This document shows positions 55,034-63,843 of a DNA stretch of 64,000 bases, in pieces. The DNA lies in IMG/VR virus record IMGVR_UViG_3300033149_003931, positions 1 to 64,000 of that record; one strand, 5' to 3'. Positions within the stretch are counted from its first letter, which is position 1; each line of letters opens with the position of its first letter. Source of the stretch: a virus. Position numbers and translations under genes: made by a program. The notes below the pieces were generated by a model. That model was not told the origin of the DNA and searched no databases. It worked only from the letters and a program-made list of their open reading frames with translations.

Positions 55034-55189
55034 CTATGCCTCCCAGCAAATTACTCCCCTATTAAACAAACCTAAACCAATAACTAAAATTATTATAAAA
55101 ATTAATGTCGGAAGAATTACCAGAGTCAAACAAAACGCCCCGCAAGGTATTAAGATAAACCCAGCAATTTTACTTTTTAATTTTAGCAT
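55034..55189 (-). CDS. Small membrane protein (51 aa), probably leaderless
   Basis: Hydrophobic ORF; ATG 8 nt from the -10 box; not in ORF track. Confidence 0.55.
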   Translation of the reverse strand: MLKLKSKIAGFILIPCGAFCLTLVILPTLIFIIILVIGLGLFNRGVICWEA

Positions 55190-55196
55190 TATTATA

Positions 55197-55225
55197 AGTA
55201 TACCATATTTTTAAACGTTTGTCAA
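55197..55225 (-). promoter_or_regulatory. Sigma70-type promoter upstream of deoC-sigma-terminase-portal operon
   Basis: TTGACA-N17-TATACT with TG. Confidence 0.8.
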
Positions 55226-55672
55226 GCCAGAGTTCTTATCATACCATTTTAAATAATTATCAATTCCCCGTTTACCAAACTTTTCATAAAGATAATCATA
55301 AGCTCTACGGTGTAAAGAGTTATGTTTTGATACAGTAAGAGACATGACCTCAGGAGAATTTTGTTTCAAATAAATATGATGCCTTACTTTTTTGACTTTC
55401 ATTTTATATCCGGGGTGTCCCATCAAAGATTAACTAATCCTTAAGCGTTGTTTAGTTGACTGGCTTTTACCTGTTCTGCCCATATTCTTCCCTGTAGCCC
55501 AAGCCGATTGAAGAGCCTGTTTATGCTCTTTAGATTTTGGTTTTCCTCTTGATGCCTTAGAGATTTTTAAAGCAATTTGTTTTTTATAATCCAAATTTTG
55601 CCAACGCTCTTTACTTGTTTGAGCAATTTTTCTTTTAGTTTTTTCAGTATGCCGATAACCAAGAGTTCCCAT
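55211..55672 (-). pseudogene. NUMOD3-HNH homing endonuclease interrupted by one in-frame TAA
   Basis: HTEKTKRKI / KSKEHK repeats, IS*SLMGH at 55432-55430, then RHHI...HN.LH in the same frame. Confidence 0.7.
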
Positions 55673-55673
55673 A

Positions 55674-56825
55674 TTATGTCCTAAGATCCAGTTTATACGA
55701 CCAAGTTTCCACACGCTTTTTATTGCAACCAAAAAAATGTTGTCGTGGAACGGAGTATCTTTTGAAATGCTTAAAGGCCCAATTATCTCTCCAAACCCAA
55801 CAACCATTTTGTTTAACGATAACCTTATCTGAAATTTCTCTTTCTCGAAGTTGATGAAAATGACCTAAATGCAAACAGTCAAAGCCACCCATTTCACGAT
55901 AAAGATCATTGATTTGTTTTTCCAACGCATTTTCAGATTGCCCTTTAATTAAATCCCCATGTTCGAGTAAATGACGCCAAGGCCCTATTTTAACGATAGC
56001 CCTGTGGGAATCCGGAACATTGATTTTGATTCGTTTACTCTCTTGAAATTGTTTTTCCCAAGTTTTATAAACAAAATATTCAAAATTGTTTTCCACGGGC
56101 TCCTCATATTGAAACTGAGACCGGCCATGATTCCCGACAACGCAATTAACCTCTACCTCGTCATAAACACGAAGGAGATCCTTAAAGAATTGAGCAAAGG
56201 CGGGAATAGTTCTCCACATTTGCCGACCAACACATTCTTCAATTTCAAAGACCTGTTCAGGAAAAATACGGTCATTCGTAATGATGTCTCCCAAAATATT
56301 AATATAAATCTTTCTCAATTGATAAGAATTCGATAAGATTCTATGAATACCTATAATCCCGTGTTCCAGATTATTCAATTCTTGAAAGAAAATTTTATTA
56401 TTATAGGTGATAATAGTTTTACAGCTTTTATTGTCATAGGTTTTATTAATCATACCACCATGAACATCACTTATATCCAAGATAGAAAATTCTTCCGGCT
56501 TACCCTTAACAAATCGACATTTTGGTTCATCCAACTTTACGACTTTAAAATTATTATACAATTGAGCACCGAGGTATTTAATTAATTGATCTGCTTCAAC
56601 TTTTGTAACACGTTTACGTTTCACCTCTTTAATAAGAATTTCGTCACTAACAACAATTTTTCTTTCTTTACGGTATTTTACAAGACCGTAATTATTAATC
56701 ATGCGTTCCATGGCCTTTACAGTGGTTTTAAACTCTAAAGCCAACTCAGGGTTTGTAGCACCAAATTTAAGACCAAAGATTACCTTCTCACGTTTAGCCT
56801 CAGTCCATATATTTTTCTTAAGCAT
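55674..56825 (-). CDS. Calcineurin-like metallophosphoesterase with N-terminal HTH
   Basis: SDVH.G, LGDI, GNHGR, HGD, GHFH. Confidence 0.88.
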   Translation of the reverse strand: MLKKNIWTEAKREKVIFGLKFGATNPELALEFKTTVKAMERMINNYGLVKYRKERKIVVSDEILIKEVKRKRVTKVEADQLIKYLGAQLYNNFKVVKLDEPKCRFVKGKPEEFSILDISDVHGGMINKTYDNKSCKTIITYNNKIFFQELNNLEHGIIGIHRILSNSYQLRKIYINILGDIITNDRIFPEQVFEIEECVGRQMWRTIPAFAQFFKDLLRVYDEVEVNCVVGNHGRSQFQYEEPVENNFEYFVYKTWEKQFQESKRIKINVPDSHRAIVKIGPWRHLLEHGDLIKGQSENALEKQINDLYREMGGFDCLHLGHFHQLREREISDKVIVKQNGCWVWRDNWAFKHFKRYSVPRQHFFGCNKKRVETWSYKLDLRT

Positions 56826-56900
56826 TTATACATCTCCCGTTTTAAGATATTCCCATCTATAACCAAAAGCTGTGGGTCTTTTATTTAAACAACACCGATA
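56826..56900 (-). pseudogene. Orphan NUMOD1 C-terminal fragment
   Basis: YRCCLNKRPTAFGYRWEY resembles CCRNKLKTAYGFIWRY of 58493-58969; no start codon. Confidence 0.6.
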
Positions 56901-56962
56901 CCGCCTATAGCTTTATCTGTACCGTTTCCTCGGCAAGAGCCGTCTACATAGACTTCTAACAT
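56885..56962 (-). pseudogene. rnhA: Truncated ribonuclease HI (first 25 aa only)
   Basis: MLEVYVDGSCRGNGTDKAIGGIGVV* with GGAGGT SD matches the RNase HI N-terminal DGS..GN motif. Confidence 0.7.
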
Positions 56963-57114
56963 TATTTACCTCCGCATATTGGGATGTCACATTCTTATAC
57001 CACTCTTTAAACCCTCTTGATATGCTTTTCTTAGAATTTTCTGATCACTCAATAAACTGACAATTTTTCTTAACTGCTTTTAAAGGTTTTCGTTTCTTAT
57101 ACATCTTACAAACT

Positions 57115-57774
57115 TTAGTATTCAAGACTTGTAATTTCATTTCCACTTTCCAATGTCCATAAAAACCAGTCAAGATGTGCCGGAGCCATATTGAATTCTT
57201 TTCTGGCCCACTCGATAAAGTATTTTTCAATTTCCAAGTATTTACTTGGACTACTCGGTTGATAGTGTTGTTTATTTTTCGGCATAAAGTGGGGCTTATA
57301 CTTTAATACGTGAGTATCAATAATTGCTAAATCTTGAATACCTAAGTTTCTTAAAAAATGACTGGCTGTTTTATAACCGAAACCTTTGACGCGTAAGATT
57401 AAATAATCTCTTAACATGGATGAGTCCGTCTGTGTCTTCATTAAAGACCGAAGACCTTTAATAAAATTTTTAGACACCCTGTTAAAACTATGCAGCCGAA
57501 TTGCTTTTTGCCGTGGGAATCGAACATAGGGCCGTATACACGAGTAAAGAGTTATATCATCAATTGGTTTATTAAAGTAATCCAGTTCAGATAATCTTTG
57601 GACTGCCTTATCTGTCTGTTTTGCATTTCCAGCGGGAACTAATAAACAGAAAACTATTTGATAGAAAAGTTTCGTATCATCAAGATCAGCTAAAGTAAAC
57701 ATTGTCCCACAATGCTTTAAGCCAACCTCTCGGTATTTATTTACATAATTTTTTAATTCTGTAATCTCGACCAT
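57115..57774 (-). CDS. ogg: 8-oxoguanine DNA glycosylase/AP lyase (OGG2-type, HhH-GPD)
   Basis: FCLL, VRF...KA, VKG.G.K.ASHFLRN.G..DLAIID.HVL, Y.EIE, LD...W. Confidence 0.9.
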   Translation of the reverse strand: MVEITELKNYVNKYREVGLKHCGTMFTLADLDDTKLFYQIVFCLLVPAGNAKQTDKAVQRLSELDYFNKPIDDITLYSCIRPYVRFPRQKAIRLHSFNRVSKNFIKGLRSLMKTQTDSSMLRDYLILRVKGFGYKTASHFLRNLGIQDLAIIDTHVLKYKPHFMPKNKQHYQPSSPSKYLEIEKYFIEWARKEFNMAPAHLDWFLWTLESGNEITSLEY

Positions 57775-57787
57775 GAAATTTCTCCTT

Positions 57788-57816
57788 AGTATAACATATT
57801 TTTAACGTTAAGTCAA
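57788..57816 (-). promoter_or_regulatory. Sigma70-type promoter
   Basis: TTGACT-N17-TATACT with TG; AATATGTTATACT. Confidence 0.75.
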
Positions 57817-58503
57817 ATCTAAATCGCCAATATCCAAAAGTATCTGGAATAATTGCCTTAACAACATAAATATTTTTCTGAAAATAATTTCCTCATCAAC
57901 AGTGTTTATATAAATTTCCCAAACCTTTTTCTTATCCCGAGGTAACAAAATAATTCCCGATTTTACTTCTTTGACATCAAGACCCTTTTGTTTACAATAC
58001 ATGTCTCGATAGATACAAGTCTGAATTTTATGTGAGAGTCTAATTGCTTTCGATGTTTTAATATCAAATAGAATTTTTATATGAGAACATGACCCAATTA
58101 AATCCGCTGTCCCAGCACTCTTATAATCCTCATTGTCCCAGACAGTATGTTCTATTAAATCACACTTAAATCCGGATTGAAGCTCAAATTTTTTATATCG
58201 CTCTAAGGCATTATGCTCGGATTTCTTACCTGTCCTTATATAGTCTTGAACGATATTATGAATATTGGTTCCTTCTTGAGATAACGAATCTAATAATTTT
58301 TTATGAAAAACAAAACCCAAAGAAGTAGATGTCTTTGAAAGATCTCCACGGGATTTTAAAAATTTAATCGTATTTGATACGGCCCATAAAATTAATTTAG
58401 GTTTAGGTAATAAACCCAGAATAGTTGTCACAGATGGTAGGGTTATTTGATCCCCTATATCATAAAATCTATAAGCCCCCCGCTTATATTTTTTAATCTG
58501 CAT
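57808..58503 (-). CDS. PD-(D/E)XK exonuclease (Cas4/RecB-like phage family)
   Basis: PSVTTIL...PKP.L..WA, GT.IH, AGTADL, DIKTS, Q...Y. Confidence 0.85.
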   Translation of the reverse strand: MQIKKYKRGAYRFYDIGDQITLPSVTTILGLLPKPKLILWAVSNTIKFLKSRGDLSKTSTSLGFVFHKKLLDSLSQEGTNIHNIVQDYIRTGKKSEHNALERYKKFELQSGFKCDLIEHTVWDNEDYKSAGTADLIGSCSHIKILFDIKTSKAIRLSHKIQTCIYRDMYCKQKGLDVKEVKSGIILLPRDKKKVWEIYINTVDEEIIFRKIFMLLRQLFQILLDIGDLDLT

Positions 58504-58969
58504 CTTTATACCTCCATATAAAACCATAAGCCGTTTTTAATTTATTTCTGCAACATTGACTAATGTGCCCGTTTCCGCGAAAGTTTAGCGCTCTTTCAAT
58601 CTGATTACAGCTTTTCCACTCTTTAATAAAATTTCCAGATAAATCGTATTGAAAAACAATTTTGCTGCATACTCTTATATTTCTTTCGGTAATATTTTTT
58701 GTGAGTTCAATAAATCGACAATTATCAAAAGTATAATCTTTAGTTGAATCCTCTCGATCAATCGAAGGCTGTCTTAAATTAAAAGCCTTATCTCTGAACC
58801 AAAGTTTCTTTAATTCTTTTTCGGTAATTTTACATTGGATGCCTTTACCACCGTAATATTTATAATCTTTATTTGTTTTACAATTACATCTGGAATTAAT
58901 TCGATATAAATGGAATACCCAAGGCTTGTTTTGTCTCTTTTTAATATAATGTTTTTTATGCCTATTCAT
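58493..58969 (-). CDS. HNH-like homing endonuclease with NUMOD1 domain
   Basis: RC......YKYYGG.GI, SIDREDS, NCRF; V.QYDL.G.FIKEW.S, CC.....TAYGFIW. Confidence 0.85.
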   Translation of the reverse strand: MNRHKKHYIKKRQNKPWVFHLYRINSRCNCKTNKDYKYYGGKGIQCKITEKELKKLWFRDKAFNLRQPSIDREDSTKDYTFDNCRFIELTKNITERNIRVCSKIVFQYDLSGNFIKEWKSCNQIERALNFRGNGHISQCCRNKLKTAYGFIWRYKDAD

Positions 58970-59402
58970 TCCACTCTCCGAGTTCTTTTAAGGCCCGCTT
59001 ATAACCATCAATATGAATTTTTTCTTGCCCAGAATATTTAATAGCTGTCTTAGCTTGATGAATCATTCTTTTGTAATGTTTCGGATATTCTTTTTTCGCT
59101 GTTTTTAATGCGAACAATTCCGCATTATATTCGTGTTCTGTGGCGTTATTATATCGAAAGTCATAGGTCAAGTGTCCGAGTTCATGTAGAATAACATGTA
59201 AAATATCAACCCTGTTCGATAGAATCTTTGTGCTATAATTAATGATATATTCATTGGTACTGTCACAACGGTAAACAGAAGCTCTGTTACTAATTCGGTT
59301 GTCTTTAACTAAACGAATCTTGTATCTCTTATCTAAACCGAGTTTAACGATCCAATAATGACAGTACCTTGTGAATATATTTATTTTCGTTAGTTCTTTC
59401 AT
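58962..59402 (-). CDS. Zincin metallopeptidase-like protein (ImmA/IrrE-like)
   Basis: LHELGH...E..AE.FA. Confidence 0.7.
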   Translation of the reverse strand: MKELTKINIFTRYCHYWIVKLGLDKRYKIRLVKDNRISNRASVYRCDSTNEYIINYSTKILSNRVDILHVILHELGHLTYDFRYNNATEHEYNAELFALKTAKKEYPKHYKRMIHQAKTAIKYSGQEKIHIDGYKRALKELGEWNE

Positions 59403-60550
59403 TTTTCAGGGATAATTGCCACTAATTTGCCGGTTTCAAAATTTGCTTTTTCCGCCAGATTATTGAGATCCTCAAGAGTTATGTTCTGCATATTTCTTTC
59501 ATAATTTTTGATGTACATCTCGTAATCTTGTTCGGCCAATGTAGAGTCAATTAATAACTTTGCTATAGTTGATTTCTTATCCAAATTTAGTTCATGCTTA
59601 CCAAGCCATTTGCGACGGGCAAATTCCATCTCTTCTTCGGTAACGGGTTTTGCCAACTGCTCTCGCATAAGCTTAGTTGCTAATTCAACCTTACTCGGCA
59701 TTAGTCCGGCGTAGCCCCAATATTGGACTGTTCCACAACTATGCACTTGATAGTAAAGACTGGTATGATAAACCAAATTATTTTGTTCCCGGATAACATC
59801 AAAGAATCTCCCGGAAAACCCGTTCATAATGGCTGAGAATAACTCAATAGTAAAATAATCCTTTATCTCGTTTAGTTGGATCAAACCTGTTACCACCATA
59901 TTGGCCTGATTAACCCCTTTGCGTTTGATAATATAATCATCATGAGAGTAATCAAGGCTTTCCTGCGAGAAATCCGGCTTGGCATAGACTCTGTTTCTTG
60001 CCTCGCTAGGAATACCACCAATGTCTAAATCAATTTTAGATTGATAATGCTTCTCATAATATTCAACTAAAGTCTCCCGAGTAATCCCGGAAACCGTTTC
60101 TCTGGTACCGATAATTGGAATATGAAGACCAGAGCCTTCTTTATAGACCGTTTGTTGCGCCAAAGAAAAGATGTGAGACTGTGGGTTATCTTCATACATT
60201 TCCAATTCCTGTAAGACCACCTGCTTTTCCTTTTCCAACTCTTCGGCAGGAAAAATTGAATTATTAACCATATCACTTATGACTTCCCGGGCCACATCAG
60301 CATACTTGTTACTAATAAGCGCATAATAGAAGGTATGCTCCTCTGAAGTCCAAGCATTAAACTGAGCCCCGTATTTTTCCATAGCATATTTCAGGTCATT
60401 TTTATTCCGAGTTGTCGTACCCTTAAATAACATATGCTCTAAAAAATGTGATATTCCCTTTATTGAATCGGGGTCATTTCTTGACCCAACCGGGATCATC
60501 GTTCCCACCAAAGTAGAATTACCGCCTGTCTTAATTTTAATTTCAGCCAT
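59399..60550 (-). CDS. M16 (insulinase/pitrilysin) family peptidase
   Basis: VGSR.D....GISHFLEHMLFKGT, FNAWTS.E.T.YY, EKEK.VV.QE, PIIGT.E, R.F..IRE...LVY. Confidence 0.92.
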   Translation of the reverse strand: MAEIKIKTGGNSTLVGTMIPVGSRNDPDSIKGISHFLEHMLFKGTTTRNKNDLKYAMEKYGAQFNAWTSEEHTFYYALISNKYADVAREVISDMVNNSIFPAEELEKEKQVVLQELEMYEDNPQSHIFSLAQQTVYKEGSGLHIPIIGTRETVSGITRETLVEYYEKHYQSKIDLDIGGIPSEARNRVYAKPDFSQESLDYSHDDYIIKRKGVNQANMVVTGLIQLNEIKDYFTIELFSAIMNGFSGRFFDVIREQNNLVYHTSLYYQVHSCGTVQYWGYAGLMPSKVELATKLMREQLAKPVTEEEMEFARRKWLGKHELNLDKKSTIAKLLIDSTLAEQDYEMYIKNYERNMQNITLEDLNNLAEKANFETGKLVAIIPEK

Positions 60551-61452
60551 CAGTTTCTCTCCTTAATTTGTTTTAAGATATGTGTAATAACGTCTACTGT
60601 CCAACCATTTCCTAAACATTTGTATCTTTGAGTGTTAGAAACCCCCCAAGTATAATCATCGGGAAGAGTTTGTAAGCGTTCACATTCTAAGGGACTAAGT
60701 TTACGAGTATAACTACCATCTGAAACCAATAACCCAAACTTTTTACGTTTTAACATACTTTTTGGATTCTCTTTATAGATTGTTGCTAACAAAGTTTGGG
60801 CTTTATCTGTAAAAACCAATTGTTTTCTTGCCCTCCTAAAATATTGATCTAAATTGCCGCCTTTGTAATAATTAGCATCAATACAATATGATTTATCTCT
60901 ATCTACTGCATCATCTTCAATAATATCCTTTAAATAAATATGTTTATCTTTAGGTTGAGTAACATTAGGAATATTTGTCCAGTATAATCTCTTTCTGTTT
61001 TGAGCCGAAACTAAAGCAGAATTTATTAAAATTGGTTCAGTTCCAAAAAGACCATTAATATATTCTATAAACTCCTTTTTCATTCTAACATTTTCAAATA
61101 AAAATTTAACATTCGGATTTTTCATTGTTATTTCTTGCCAAATATCAATTAAATCATGAACCAATGCGCCTCTAGGGTCGTTATCACCTTTTTGTTTACC
61201 AGCAATTGACCAAGCCTGACAAGGGAATCCTGCTACCAATAAATCAATTTGACTAAAATCAACATCCCATTCTTTCCATTTAGTAAGATCTCCTAATTGA
61301 ATTGTATTAGGATAATTCTTTTGGGCAATTTTATTAGCATACTTATCAATTTCAGAAGAATAATAATTATTAATAGGAATATATAATCTGTCTAATGCGA
61401 CATTAAGACACGAAATCCCATTAAACAAACTCATTACATTAATTGGTTTCAT
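60550..61452 (-). CDS. dcm: DNA (cytosine-5) methyltransferase
   Basis: SLFNG, SEID, GFPCQ, FENV, Q.RKRLYW, R.L.P.ECERLQT.PD.YT, LGNGW. Confidence 0.92.
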   Translation of the reverse strand: MKPINVMSLFNGISCLNVALDRLYIPINNYYSSEIDKYANKIAQKNYPNTIQLGDLTKWKEWDVDFSQIDLLVAGFPCQAWSIAGKQKGDNDPRGALVHDLIDIWQEITMKNPNVKFLFENVRMKKEFIEYINGLFGTEPILINSALVSAQNRKRLYWTNIPNVTQPKDKHIYLKDIIEDDAVDRDKSYCIDANYYKGGNLDQYFRRARKQLVFTDKAQTLLATIYKENPKSMLKRKKFGLLVSDGSYTRKLSPLECERLQTLPDDYTWGVSNTQRYKCLGNGWTVDVITHILKQIKERN

Positions 61453-61453
61453 T

Positions 61454-62884
61454 TTATTCCCCTATTTTATGAAGTTCAACATAATGTACTTGGTCTTGTG
61501 TTTTTAAAACATCCTTATGTGTTACCATGATTACCTGTTTAAGAAAACCCATGTCCATAAAATTTTCAAATAAAGATAATACTTTTAAACAATTATCATC
61601 GTCAACCTTTTCCAAACCCTCATCAATTAGCATGAAATCAATACAAGTATTACACAACTGTTTAAAGATTACCATAATACCTAAACGAAAACATAGATTA
61701 ACTAATACCCTCTCCGAGCCTGATAAATCCCCCATTTCTAAAATTTTATCTCCTCTATGAATAAAAGGCTTAAAGTCTGGCCTGTTAGATTCCGGGCGTT
61801 CTGTTCTAATGTCTACAATAGTGTCAGGAAAAATAATACTCAATAGTTGATTCGCTGTTTGTGTTATTACAGGAATATAGGTCTTTAATAAATACGAAGG
61901 AAAACCCTTGGGATCAAAAATCGGGATAAGCTGTTCTAGCTCTTTCAGCCGAACTTTGTTAACTGTAGGCTGCTGTTTAGCCCTCTCCTGTAGAATAACT
62001 AATATCCTTCGGGCCCGATTAATCTTAGAGTCGATTTTACCCATAATTTTATTGCATTTGGTCGACTTAATCCCAACCTCTTTTTGTTTTTTTGTTAAAA
62101 TTGCCTCTTGTTGCTGTATAGCCTTGAAAACAGTTTTGACTCTTTTTAATCCGGCCTCAATATGCTTCTTATCATAGGGTCGAGCACACTCAGAACACTT
62201 CCCCGATTTGAGTAAAGCAAATTCTTTTTTTAGGCCCTGTTTTTTAAATGAGTATTCTGATTCCTTCTTAGAAATCTGATTTAAAATGCTTCGTATTTTG
62301 TTGTCGATAATTTCATATTTTTCTAAATTCTTCTTATACCCAGAACAAAGACCCTTGACTTTAACAAAACGCTTTTTAATTAAGGGGAGATTAACGGCTT
62401 TTATCTCGACATTCACGGCACTCAGTCCCGCATACTCTACTTTAAGTCTTTGATAAATCGTTGAATATTTGTCCAAGTTAAAAATAGAAATTAAAAATTG
62501 TCTCAAGTAAGTCGGATCAAATAAGCTTTTTTGTTCATGTGAGGAGATATAAAAAATACTCAGGAACTCCTGATAATTTAAGTGTAAGAAATTCTCCAAT
62601 TCTAATTTTTTTATTCCACTTAAAACGGAACCGCTATTTGTACGACTTCTGGATACATTGAATTCAGTTAAAGATAAGTCTACTGTGGCTTTATTTGAGT
62701 CAAAATTAATGATTTTTTCCAGTTTAGAATTCTGTGTTTTTCCGTGAAGCCCAAAACAAATACCTTCCATAATATGAGTCTTGCCCGTCCTATTGGCCCC
62801 AATGAGGGCATTAATGCCCGGCTGGAAATTAATCTCTAAAGATTTGTGTATTCCGAAACTATCAAGATTTATTTTCTTTAGCAT
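61454..62884 (-). CDS. SbcC/Rad50-like SMC ATPase
   Basis: Walker A GANRTGKT, CSEC zinc hook in coiled coil, LSGSE, IDEG..VD, VTH. Confidence 0.9.
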   Translation of the reverse strand: MLKKINLDSFGIHKSLEINFQPGINALIGANRTGKTHIMEGICFGLHGKTQNSKLEKIINFDSNKATVDLSLTEFNVSRSRTNSGSVLSGIKKLELENFLHLNYQEFLSIFYISSHEQKSLFDPTYLRQFLISIFNLDKYSTIYQRLKVEYAGLSAVNVEIKAVNLPLIKKRFVKVKGLCSGYKKNLEKYEIIDNKIRSILNQISKKESEYSFKKQGLKKEFALLKSGKCSECARPYDKKHIEAGLKRVKTVFKAIQQQEAILTKKQKEVGIKSTKCNKIMGKIDSKINRARRILVILQERAKQQPTVNKVRLKELEQLIPIFDPKGFPSYLLKTYIPVITQTANQLLSIIFPDTIVDIRTERPESNRPDFKPFIHRGDKILEMGDLSGSERVLVNLCFRLGIMVIFKQLCNTCIDFMLIDEGLEKVDDDNCLKVLSLFENFMDMGFLKQVIMVTHKDVLKTQDQVHYVELHKIGE

Positions 62885-63203
62885 TTTTACTCCAATAAAT
62901 GGGATAATATTTTTTGAATAAAAGGTCTGTTATTTTAATAACCTGTAGTTCGTCTTTATAACGATTATCTTTGTATCTCCAATAAAGCATCCAATGAACC
63001 AGTTCATGTAATAAAACTTTGACAAATTTTTCTCTATCTTCAATATAGTCTTGCCATAAGATTATTGTGCTACTTTTTATACAGATAGCACCGGGTCTCT
63101 TCTTATAATGTCTATCAGCCAACTTAACCCACAATGTTGGGAGCTTTAATTTTCCACACCAAAAATTAATAAAATCCTGAGCTTTATAACAATATTTATA
63201 CAT
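62862..63203 (-). CDS. SprT-like zincin protein
   Basis: VLLHELVH. Confidence 0.65.
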   Translation of the reverse strand: MYKYCYKAQDFINFWCGKLKLPTLWVKLADRHYKKRPGAICIKSSTIILWQDYIEDREKFVKVLLHELVHWMLYWRYKDNRYKDELQVIKITDLLFKKYYPIYWSKNAKENKS

Positions 63204-63831
63204 CTTTGATTAACCCGGATAATGCGAGAAGAAAAGCGTCTGCAAGATTGTCATCATCAATTGATAAATCAAACTTATCCTCCACAAAGTTAATAATCTG
63301 AGCCTTTAATTTTAGTGGTTTCCTATCCCAAACTTTTTTTCTTTTAAGCTCGTCTTTAACAATAATATTTTCATAGTGAAACTTACCCATGTCTGCGATA
63401 AAACCTATCTTCTTTCTTACAGATGTTGGCTGTATCGGATCGGGGGCCTCATCTGCCCACTTATTAAATATGAAGAAAGATACCGTTGCGTATTTTGCTA
63501 AAACCTTTGTTGTCCAAACAGACATACCAAAATAACAATCTTCAATAATTAAACGCTTAACTAAAGTCTTTGAGAACTCGGGAAGAATTTTACGAATCTC
63601 TCGACATTTTTGAAGATATTCAATAAGCTTTACGTGGAGCTTTCCTTTACTAACCCCCTTTATATCAATACTATAAAAGTTTTCGACATAAAGTTTGTTC
63701 TTTGTTGTCCGGATAAGACAGATACCCGTCCGTTTCTGGGCGCCATCAATTCCCAGACTCAGTGTATTAGATCTGATTTCTTTGTTTAATATATCACAGA
63801 CTTCTGAAATGTCAATAATTTTTTCAGCCAT
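63196..63831 (-). CDS. ruvC: RuvC-like Holliday junction resolvase
   Basis: LGID....TG, IIED, P..VRK, DDN.ADA. Confidence 0.8.
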   Translation of the reverse strand: MAEKIIDISEVCDILNKEIRSNTLSLGIDGAQKRTGICLIRTTKNKLYVENFYSIDIKGVSKGKLHVKLIEYLQKCREIRKILPEFSKTLVKRLIIEDCYFGMSVWTTKVLAKYATVSFFIFNKWADEAPDPIQPTSVRKKIGFIADMGKFHYENIIVKDELKRKKVWDRKPLKLKAQIINFVEDKFDLSIDDDNLADAFLLALSGLIKDV

Positions 63832-63843
63832 AGTAATCCTTAA

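Noticed and set aside
57115-57774. Archaeal host inferred from OGG2-type glycosylase
   Set aside because: Multiple canonical sigma70 promoters, a RfaE kinase and sigma-like genes argue for a bacterial host
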